Below are positions 30,673 to 38,968 of a DNA stretch of 64,000 nucleotides, piece after piece. The notes under the pieces were generated by a model. That model had not been told where the DNA came from and made no database searches. It saw nothing but the letters and a program-made list of their open reading frames with translations. How positions within the stretch are numbered: the first letter of the stretch is position 1; each line of letters starts with the position of its first letter. The position numbers and the translations under genes are program-made. Source of the DNA: a virus; IMG/VR virus record IMGVR_UViG_3300038309_000252, positions 1 through 64,000 of that record, one strand, 5' to 3'.

Positions 30673-31023
30673 ATGGCAATGCAAGTTTTTGCAAATGGAA
30701 CATATACGCCAACAACAGTTCCAGAAACAGTTTATGTTGCTACTGGTACTGCAAATAATACACAAGTTGGAGTATATCAATTCTTTTTAGATACATCTAC
30801 ATTATCCTATGGTGAATCGGTTTCTATTCAATTGCTTGAAAAAGTATTGCCTACAAGTGTTAATCAACAAATTGTTTTTGAATCTGTTGTATCAGGACCA
30901 CAAACACAACCATTATGGGTAAGTCCATCAATTTTATTAATGCATGCATGGACATTTCAAATTATGCAATCTGCTGGTTCAATAATCAGATCATTTGAAT
31001 GGTCTATTAGATCTATTTCTTAG
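30673..31023 (+). CDS. Cassette 2 protein B
   Basis: GVYQFF..LEK..VVSGPQTQPLWVSP..HAW..WSIR. Confidence 0.75.
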   Translation: MAMQVFANGTYTPTTVPETVYVATGTANNTQVGVYQFFLDTSTLSYGESVSIQLLEKVLPTSVNQQIVFESVVSGPQTQPLWVSPSILLMHAWTFQIMQSAGSIIRSFEWSIRSIS

Positions 31024-31030
31024 TAATTAA

Positions 31031-33298
31031 ATGTTCTGGGGATTCACACCATTACAATCTGCTGCTGTAACATCTCATAATGTAACTATATACTTATCTT
31101 CACAGAATCTATCATTTACATCAAATGATTTTAATACACAAGTAAAATATTATATATGGTCGCAGAATCCACAATTAAGTACAAGTAATCCACATCAAAA
31201 TATACAGTATAAACTTAATAGTTTATCATTAATTAATTTAAGTCAAAATAATTTAAATTCTTTTTATTATTATAACCTAGAAAGTTTACAAGTATCATTA
31301 TATCAATCATCACTTAAAGGTATTCAAATACCTTCTCAAAGTATTGCATTTTCTTTAGGCAATATTACTTCATTCGATCGATCAACAACTGTTGGAACAC
31401 AGATATTAAACAGTTATTTATTTTCACCATATGAAAATATTCAATATAATTTAGAAAATCAACCAGCAATTCAATCTGTCGTAAATACATCACTTCCAAC
31501 ACGTGATTTTTATATTACTTTACCACATATTGACCTTTCTATACCAGTAAATCCTTTTATTGAAAAAATAACAGAAGGTCTTGATAATCTTTCGTTTGGA
31601 ACCACACAAGGTTTAATAGAACCTTTAATAAATGCATTAGTTAATACAGTTAATATTGAATCTATTACTGGATCTTATTCAAATACTCTTGATTATTTAA
31701 TCAATAAGCAAGATATTTCTGTATTGTATAATATTTCAAATAATCAAGACAATGTTAGTTACTCTTTAGAAACTAGATCAATTAATTCATTTATTAATGA
31801 TCTGCATATTATTAGAAATATATTTTTAAATTCACAACTTTTATCGGTAACAACCAATAATACACTTGAGAAAATAACAGAAGGTCTTAATAATTTTTCA
31901 TTAGGAATAACACAAGGATTACCATCTGTATTATCACAGTCATATATTACTAATATTAAAACAGATAGTATTATTGGATACCCATTACAAAATATTGATT
32001 ATATCTCAAATAATCAAATTATTAATATAATTTATGGTGTTTTAGGACAATCAGATAATCAAAAATTATTAAGTTCACAAAGCATTTCTTCAGTAATACG
32101 TGTTTTAACTATCGATAGAGTTGTTTTCATTTCAACACAAAATCTATCAATATCAGTTAATCCAAATATTGAAAAAATAACAGAAGGTCTTGATAACCTT
32201 TCCTTTGGATTTACACAAGGACAAGTTAATAATCAATTTCAATTAACATTGCAATCTATTGCATTTTCAAGCAATCAAAACACACAATTTGATTCTATTT
32301 ATTTTACAAATTCATTAGATTTCCAAGAACTAACATCTAAAATATCAAACATAAAATTAACATCTGATAAAGACATTTCTCAACAAAATATCAGTTCATT
32401 TGTAAATCCAATCACTATTCCTTTAACAATTGGAGTAAAATTATCTAAGATTGATTCTTATATTTCCATTGCTCCATTTGTTGAACAAATCTATGAAAAT
32501 ATTAATACTGCATCACCTAGTTTGTTTGCTCAAGGAACAATAAAATATCAAGTTAATTTAATACCACAACCTATTCCAATCGTAGCATTCAATCAATCCG
32601 ATATCTCATTACAATATTCTAAACTTTTGTATGCACAGCAAATTATTTTTAATCAAACACCTTATATTTTTCAAAATATAAGTGAAAGTTTATCCACAGA
32701 AAATGCTTTACTTACTCAAAATACAGAACTACGTTTTATAATAAGAAAGCTACTGGATTCATCATTAAATCTAGCTATAGAGCAAAACTTTAATTCTATT
32801 AATTATGATTATAATATCATTTCTAACGTAATTACCATTCCAATTACTTCTTTATTACCATCATTTAATGCAAATTTGCCTGTATTAAATGAATTAATTT
32901 CAAATTGTTCTGATATAAAATCAAATCCATCTTATCAATTAAATGGTTTTGATTTAACTGATTTATCAATGTATCAATCCTCATATTTAACACAGTATCA
33001 ATTACAATTATCTTCTTCTGATCAAATAGTATCTAATCAAAATGATATTATTAATGAAATTGATTATGTTATAAACAGCATTGATACTAAATTATACATA
33101 GAAGAACTTTTAGATCATTATTCATATATCTATGGTCTTGATCTTGGACTAGTAAATGGTGAAATAGAATCTTACTTAATGCTTCCATATAAAATTAAAT
33201 ATGGTTCATTTGTTGTTGCGCCAGCAATTAATGGAATAATTCCAAACACTTCAAAAATTAACAAAATTACCTATCCACAAATGAAAAAGGCAATCTAA
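31031..33298 (+). CDS. Cassette 2 protein C (long periodic protein)
   Basis: Starts MFWGFTP; EKITEGLxNxSxGxTQG occurs three times, about 100 aa apart. Confidence 0.7.
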   Translation: MFWGFTPLQSAAVTSHNVTIYLSSQNLSFTSNDFNTQVKYYIWSQNPQLSTSNPHQNIQYKLNSLSLINLSQNNLNSFYYYNLESLQVSLYQSSLKGIQIPSQSIAFSLGNITSFDRSTTVGTQILNSYLFSPYENIQYNLENQPAIQSVVNTSLPTRDFYITLPHIDLSIPVNPFIEKITEGLDNLSFGTTQGLIEPLINALVNTVNIESITGSYSNTLDYLINKQDISVLYNISNNQDNVSYSLETRSINSFINDLHIIRNIFLNSQLLSVTTNNTLEKITEGLNNFSLGITQGLPSVLSQSYITNIKTDSIIGYPLQNIDYISNNQIINIIYGVLGQSDNQKLLSSQSISSVIRVLTIDRVVFISTQNLSISVNPNIEKITEGLDNLSFGFTQGQVNNQFQLTLQSIAFSSNQNTQFDSIYFTNSLDFQELTSKISNIKLTSDKDISQQNISSFVNPITIPLTIGVKLSKIDSYISIAPFVEQIYENINTASPSLFAQGTIKYQVNLIPQPIPIVAFNQSDISLQYSKLLYAQQIIFNQTPYIFQNISESLSTENALLTQNTELRFIIRKLLDSSLNLAIEQNFNSINYDYNIISNVITIPITSLLPSFNANLPVLNELISNCSDIKSNPSYQLNGFDLTDLSMYQSSYLTQYQLQLSSSDQIVSNQNDIINEIDYVINSIDTKLYIEELLDHYSYIYGLDLGLVNGEIESYLMLPYKIKYGSFVVAPAINGIIPNTSKINKITYPQMKKAI

Positions 33299-33618
33299 TG
33301 TTTAATGCTGTTTATTACAAAAATGATACTGTATTTAAAATTTTAAATGTAACTAATGCTACTACTGGTGAACCCATTACAAATGCACATGCAAAGGTTA
33401 ATGGCATTAAGTTATATGGCACAGAAACTTTTATTTCTCCTGATATGTTTCCAATAAATCTTGATTCAATGGATAATGGTATCTATTTGGGTATTTTGCC
33501 ACATACACTAGATTTAATCCCAAATACAAAATACATTTGCATGATAGAATTAGATACAGAGGAAGGAATGCAAGCATATTGGGAGTTTACTTTTACTTGC
33601 AGATTAAGGCAGGAATAA
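33298..33618 (+). CDS. Small Ig-like/adaptor hypothetical protein
   Basis: Coupled ORF before gp13 with a beta-strand pattern (TGEPITNA..GIYLGIL). Confidence 0.6.
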   Translation: MFNAVYYKNDTVFKILNVTNATTGEPITNAHAKVNGIKLYGTETFISPDMFPINLDSMDNGIYLGILPHTLDLIPNTKYICMIELDTEEGMQAYWEFTFTCRLRQE

Positions 33619-33619
33619 C

Positions 33620-34579
33620 ATGATTTATACCAGACAAGATTTTGCTGATTATTGTCTTAGGTCACTTGGTGCACCAGTTGTTGAAATCAATATTGATGAT
33701 ACACAATTAGAAGATAGAATTGATGAAGCACTTTTATATTGGCAATTATACCATAATGAAGGTGTGGAAAAGATGTATTTGAAACAGAAACTTAATTGTT
33801 CAGTACTTAAACTTGCATCAAATAATGCAGAATATTTTAAACTTGGAAGTATTCTTAAAGGACAAACATCTGGTGCAACAGCACAAGTTGTTGAGCAAAT
33901 AGACAAGAAATCAGAAGGTTCTGATCTTATTGTTAGATTTGTAAAAGGTGAATTTGTAAGCAATGAAACAATTGTTGCGGACCAAATAACAGGACAATTG
34001 ACAACAACAGATTTTTATATTCCTGGAGAAATTGAACAGAAATGGATTCAATTGCCAGATTATATTTTTGGAGTAACACGGGTTCTTCCTTTAACAGGAA
34101 CTCAAACTTCAAAATCTATGTTTGATATTCAATATCAATTAAGATTAAATGATTTATATGATTTAACATCAACTTCTATTGTTTACTATACCCAAGTAAT
34201 GCAACATTTATCATTGCTTGATCTTGAATTGAATGGTAAACCAATGTTCAGATTTAATCGTATTATGGGAAGAATATTTATTGATACAAATTGGGAAGCA
34301 AATATCATACCTGGATCATTTATTGTTTTAGAATGCTATAGAGCATTGGACCCATCATCTTTCTATAAAGTATGGAATGAACCATGGTTAAAATCATATA
34401 CTTCTGCTTTAATAAAAAAACAATGGGGTACTAATCTAAAGAAGTTTTCTGGTATTCAATTGCCTGGTGGTGTTACATTAGATGGACAATCAATGTATAC
34501 AGAAGCTATGGATGAAATTAGAAATCTTATTGAAGAATTGCAAATGAAATCTGCTCCATTAGAGTTTTTCATGGGATAA
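33620..34579 (+). CDS. gp13: Neck protein gp13
   Basis: DYCLRSLGAPVVEINID..QLEDRIDEAL and KKQWGTNLKKFSGIQLPGGVTLDG motifs. Confidence 0.95.
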   Translation: MIYTRQDFADYCLRSLGAPVVEINIDDTQLEDRIDEALLYWQLYHNEGVEKMYLKQKLNCSVLKLASNNAEYFKLGSILKGQTSGATAQVVEQIDKKSEGSDLIVRFVKGEFVSNETIVADQITGQLTTTDFYIPGEIEQKWIQLPDYIFGVTRVLPLTGTQTSKSMFDIQYQLRLNDLYDLTSTSIVYYTQVMQHLSLLDLELNGKPMFRFNRIMGRIFIDTNWEANIIPGSFIVLECYRALDPSSFYKVWNEPWLKSYTSALIKKQWGTNLKKFSGIQLPGGVTLDGQSMYTEAMDEIRNLIEELQMKSAPLEFFMG

Positions 34580-34585
34580 TAAGAC

Positions 34586-35242
34586 ATGGCAAACCTTAAG
34601 AATCCATATTTTACTATGGGAACATCACATGAACAGAATCTTATTGAAAATTTGATTATTGAATCATTGCAAATCTTTGGTCAGATTTTATATTATATAC
34701 CTCGTACATTAGTATCCAAAGATGAAATCTTTGGTGAGGATAGATTAAGTAAGTTTATTAGATCTTATCCCATTGAAATGTACCTAGAAAGTGTTGATAG
34801 TTTTGACGGTCAAGGTGCTTTCATTCAAAAGTTTGGATTAATGATGGAGCAATCAGCAACATTGGTTGTGGCAAGAAAAAGATGGGAACAGTTGATTGGT
34901 GAATATAATAAAACTATTCTTCCAAATAGACCAGCAGAAGGTGATTTACTTTACTTTCCATTGTCTAAAGGATTATTTGAAATTAAGTTTGTAAAGCATC
35001 AAGATCCATTTTATCAATTAGGTCGCCTTTATGTTTACAAATTACAAGTTGAATTATTTCAATATAATTCAGAAAGAATTGATACAAATATCCCTGAAAT
35101 TGATATCTTTGAAAGTCTCAAAACTTTTGACGTTGATAAACAACCAGATGTCGATAAACCAGATTCATTTGGTGATAATAACAAATATGCAGAATTAAGT
35201 GATTTTATTCTTGATACAGATAATCCATTTGGAGATCCATAA
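34586..35242 (+). CDS. gp14: Neck protein gp14
   Basis: EQNLIENLIIESLQIFG..YIPR, RPAEGDLLYFP and PFYQLGR motifs. Confidence 0.95.
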   Translation: MANLKNPYFTMGTSHEQNLIENLIIESLQIFGQILYYIPRTLVSKDEIFGEDRLSKFIRSYPIEMYLESVDSFDGQGAFIQKFGLMMEQSATLVVARKRWEQLIGEYNKTILPNRPAEGDLLYFPLSKGLFEIKFVKHQDPFYQLGRLYVYKLQVELFQYNSERIDTNIPEIDIFESLKTFDVDKQPDVDKPDSFGDNNKYAELSDFILDTDNPFGDP

Positions 35243-35979
35243 TGTTGAATGAAAACATTTTCTATTATGGGGTAATTAAAAAAACAATAATTTCATTTGG
35301 ACGATTATTTTCAAATATTAGAATTGAAAGAAGGGAAAATGATTCTGTAAATGGAACCATTGTGCAAAATTTGCACATTCCTATATCATATGCTCCCAAA
35401 GAAAAGTGGGTAACTAGAATCGATTCTGCTCCAAATCTAGAAAATAATACTTATGTTTCTTTGCCAAGAATGTCTTATGAAATATCATCAATTTCTTATG
35501 ACAGTACACGCAAAATGTCAAAGATGCAAAAGATTATTTGTAATTCGGAAACTTCACAAAAGTCAATGTATAGTCCTGTTCCTTATGATATTGCAATTAC
35601 ATTGAATATTTTAACTAAAACTCAAGAAGATGGATTACAAATTATTGAACAGATATTACCAACATTTACTCCTGAATATAATATGTCAATAATGATTGTT
35701 CCTGATTTCAACGTTGTTCAGAATATTCCAATTGTATTGAATGGTGTTAGCATGACAGATGAATATGATGGGGATTTTCAAACAAGAAGATTCGTTACCT
35801 ATAATCTAAACTTCAATTTAAAAGTAAATCTATTTGGTCCATCATTAGATAATAAGATTATCCTTAAAACAGAAACAAATGTACGTAATATAAATACTGA
35901 ATTTATTCAAAACACACACCATTCTGAAGGTAATGCAGAAACTTTTGATGTTGTATTAGATGAATGGACAAATAATTAA
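35242..35979 (+). CDS. gp15: Tail sheath stabilizer/terminator gp15
   Basis: FGRLFSNI, IPISYAPKEKW, LPRMSYE and QIIEQILPTFTP motifs. Confidence 0.95.
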   Translation: MLNENIFYYGVIKKTIISFGRLFSNIRIERRENDSVNGTIVQNLHIPISYAPKEKWVTRIDSAPNLENNTYVSLPRMSYEISSISYDSTRKMSKMQKIICNSETSQKSMYSPVPYDIAITLNILTKTQEDGLQIIEQILPTFTPEYNMSIMIVPDFNVVQNIPIVLNGVSMTDEYDGDFQTRRFVTYNLNFNLKVNLFGPSLDNKIILKTETNVRNINTEFIQNTHHSEGNAETFDVVLDEWTNN

Positions 35980-38408
35980 TGTTACTTTATAGAGATAAAC
36001 CAAATCTTAAAGCAGCAGGTGTACCTATTGCTTATACTAAGGAACAATTGAATGAATATATCAAATGTTCTAAAGATCCATTATATTTCATTAAGAACTA
36101 TGCCAAGATCGTTTCTTTAGATAAAGGGATTATTCCATTTTCTCCATTTCCTTATCAAGAAAGAATCATCAAAACAATTCATAATAACAAAAATACCTTA
36201 GCAAAGTTATTTCGTCAAGCTGGTAAAGCACTGCCATTATTTACAGAAATTCCAACACCAACTGGATTCATGAAGATAAAAGATATCCATATTGGGGATC
36301 AAGTCTTTGATTCACAAGGTAACATTTGTAATGTAATTGCTGAATCAAAAGAACAAGAATTAGAAATGTATTACATGAAATTTGATACTGGTGAACATGT
36401 TATTTCATGTAAAGACCATCAATGGGTTGTGTTTAATAAAGAAGATCAAGATACTCCAATTACATGTACTACTTTAGAATTACTTGATTTAATAAATGGT
36501 TCAAATAAATATATTATCAAAAACACTAAACCAGTAAATTATCCTGAAAAGATTCATTTAATAGAACCATATGAATATGGTTATGCTATTGGGTTATTTA
36601 CTAGAGAAATACCACAACAATATTTGTTTGGAGGTATTGAGAAAAGAATAGCATTGGTACAAGGTATCATGGATGCCATTGGGAAAGTAGCAATGCATGC
36701 ATGTAGTGTTTCTGTATTAAATCATAAATGGAGATTTATTGAATCATTCAAGATATTATTACAAAGTCTTGGATTGAATGTAAAAATAAAATATGATCAT
36801 GATATTTACAGAATAATAACATTATCATTTAATGAGTCAAACTTTCCTGTATTTCGTAATTCAGAGTTGCAATCAAAATTACCAAAATCTGTTGAATGTT
36901 GCAAAACAATTATTAGTATTTCAGAAATACCTTCATTAATTTGGGGCAAATGCATTCAAGTAGATAGTCCAGACTCTACTTATCTTTGCACAAAAGAATA
37001 TATTCCAACACATAATTCAACTATTGTTGCAGGTTATTTTGCTTGGTATACATTATTTAATGACAATAAAACATCTATTATTCTTGCAAATAAACAACAA
37101 ATTGCTATTGAGATTTTTAGCAGAGTACAATTTATTATTGAACATCTTCCAATTTGGTTGCAACAAGGTGTTTTAGAATGGAATAAAAAGTCATTGGTAT
37201 TGGAAAATGGTTCAAGATGTTTAGCATCAGCAACATCTATTTCTGCAATTCGTGGTATGTCTGCAAATATGATTTTGCTAGATGAGTTTGCTCATTTACT
37301 TCCTTCTTTAGCTGATGAGTTTATTGCATCAGTGTTTCCAACATTATCATCATCAGAATCATCAAAATTAGTAATTGTTTCTACACCTAATGGATTAAAT
37401 CATTACCATAAATTGTGGATAGAAGCTATCAACAAAAATAATGATTTTGTTACAGTTGAAGGTCATTGGTCTGAAAATCCAACAAGAAATCAAAAATGGG
37501 CAGATGAACAATTATTAAAATTAGGTGAAGTAAAGTATAGACAAGAAATTGAATGCTCTTTTGAAGGATCATCATATACTTTAATTAGTGGTGTTAAATT
37601 AGCAACATTACCAATTATTAATCCATTATTTACTCGTGATGGATTAGAAATATATAAAAGACCAGAACCTAACACACAATATGTTATAACAGTTGATGTT
37701 GCAAGAGGAACTTATTCAGACTATACAGCATTTTCAATATTTGATATATCAGAAATGCCTTATGAAATTGTAGCAATTTATAAAAATAATTTAATATCAA
37801 CACTTGAATTTCCACATTTATTATATAATATGACACAACAATATAATAATGCTTATTTGCTTATTGAATTAAATGATTTAGGTGAAGAAGTATCAAATAT
37901 AATTTGGTATGATTATGAATATGAAAATATTTACTTTACAACAGAAAATTACAAAACAAGAAATAGTCAATTATCACAGAGTGGTGGAAAACCTGGTATT
38001 AGAACTACATTAAAAGTAAAATCACTTGGTTGTTCTATTCTTAAAGAACTAGTTGAAAAGGATCAATTAATAATTAATTCATATAAAATTATAGAAGAAC
38101 TAGGTGTTTTTGTAGTTAATAAAAGATCATATCAAGCTATTAATACAACAATAAATGATGATTTAGTAACAACATTATGGTTGTTTGCATGGTTAACAAA
38201 ACAAACTGTTTTTCAACAATTAACAGATATTAATTTGAGACAAAAATTAACAGAACAAAAACAACAATATATTGATTCGACACTAACACCATTTGGTTTT
38301 TATGATAACGGATTTAATCCAATAGAGAATCAAATGGTTGATAATTCAAGAATTCCGGAAGGTCCATTATTTAATTTAACAGATGATCAAAACCAATTAT
38401 TGAGATGA
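35979..38408 (+). CDS. gp17: Terminase large subunit gp17 (intein-containing)
   Basis: Walker A RQAGK/ST split by an intein; ILLDEFAH, VSTPNG, VDVARG and DDLVTTL motifs. Confidence 0.95.
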   Translation: MLLYRDKPNLKAAGVPIAYTKEQLNEYIKCSKDPLYFIKNYAKIVSLDKGIIPFSPFPYQERIIKTIHNNKNTLAKLFRQAGKALPLFTEIPTPTGFMKIKDIHIGDQVFDSQGNICNVIAESKEQELEMYYMKFDTGEHVISCKDHQWVVFNKEDQDTPITCTTLELLDLINGSNKYIIKNTKPVNYPEKIHLIEPYEYGYAIGLFTREIPQQYLFGGIEKRIALVQGIMDAIGKVAMHACSVSVLNHKWRFIESFKILLQSLGLNVKIKYDHDIYRIITLSFNESNFPVFRNSELQSKLPKSVECCKTIISISEIPSLIWGKCIQVDSPDSTYLCTKEYIPTHNSTIVAGYFAWYTLFNDNKTSIILANKQQIAIEIFSRVQFIIEHLPIWLQQGVLEWNKKSLVLENGSRCLASATSISAIRGMSANMILLDEFAHLLPSLADEFIASVFPTLSSSESSKLVIVSTPNGLNHYHKLWIEAINKNNDFVTVEGHWSENPTRNQKWADEQLLKLGEVKYRQEIECSFEGSSYTLISGVKLATLPIINPLFTRDGLEIYKRPEPNTQYVITVDVARGTYSDYTAFSIFDISEMPYEIVAIYKNNLISTLEFPHLLYNMTQQYNNAYLLIELNDLGEEVSNIIWYDYEYENIYFTTENYKTRNSQLSQSGGKPGIRTTLKVKSLGCSILKELVEKDQLIINSYKIIEELGVFVVNKRSYQAINTTINDDLVTTLWLFAWLTKQTVFQQLTDINLRQKLTEQKQQYIDSTLTPFGFYDNGFNPIENQMVDNSRIPEGPLFNLTDDQNQLLR
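36228..37016 (+). mobile_element. Class 3 intein (263 aa) in terminase Walker A, with degenerate LAGLIDADG remnant
   Basis: Starts Ala (ALPLFTEIPTPTGF), block B DHQW, block F KCIQVDS, ends IPTHN before Ser; LVQGIMDAIG remnant. Confidence 0.88.
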
Positions 38409-38423
38409 GACACAGTTTCTTTA

Positions 38424-38805
38424 AAATTTAATTTTAAAGATGGATTTCTGCTTCAAACCAACAAAGGACGATTGATTCAATCTTATCTTGTTCAATGTTT
38501 CTTGTTTAATTGAACCAGCTTGATCTAGGTTAATTTGTTGTTCTAGATTATTTATTGTTCAAGGTTACATTGTTTAATTGAACCAGCTTGATCTAGGTTA
38601 ATTTGTTGTTTAAGGTTTCTTGTTTTATTGTTCTAGATCATTTGTTGTTTAATGTTTCTTGTTTAATTGAACCAGGTTGATCCATGGTTAATTTGTTGTT
38701 CTAGATCATTTATTGTTCAAGGTTACATTGTTTTATGTTACCTTTTATGGTATAATGTTTCTTGTTTTATTGATCTAGGTTAATTTAATGTTCTAGATCG
38801 TTAAA
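38424..38805. repeat. Modular non-coding repeat array between gp17 and gp18
   Basis: TTGTTTAATTGAACCAG(C/G)TTGATC..GGTTAATTTGTTGTT at about 38502, 38570 and 38659, interleaved with TTCTAGAT, TGTTCAAGGTTACATTG and GTTTCTTGTTT modules. No ORF of 60 aa or more. Confidence 0.9.
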
Positions 38806-38833
38806 GTTTTTTTGTTCCTTAAAGAACACATTT

Positions 38834-38862
38834 ATTATACCATATTTTTGGACAAAAGTCAA
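38834..38862 (-). promoter_or_regulatory. Sigma70-type promoter pointing into the repeat array
   Basis: Minus strand TTGACT-17 nt-TATAAT with TG extended -10. Confidence 0.75.
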
Positions 38863-38907
38863 CTGTATACAGGATTTCATGATTATTCTACAAAAAACTG
38901 GTAAATA

Positions 38908-38914
38908 CTAAATA
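38908..38914 (+). promoter_or_regulatory. Probable late promoter (CTAAATA) for gp18
   Basis: Intergenic motif upstream of the gp18 SD GAGGGG. Confidence 0.6.
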
Positions 38915-38968
38915 TTTTCGAAATTGTAGAATATTAAAGCAAATATTCATTATTAAGAGGGGTTTCAT

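Noticed and set aside
38490-38805. CRISPR array
   Set aside because: The segments between repeats are themselves repeated modules, unit spacing is irregular, and there are no unique spacers or cas genes.
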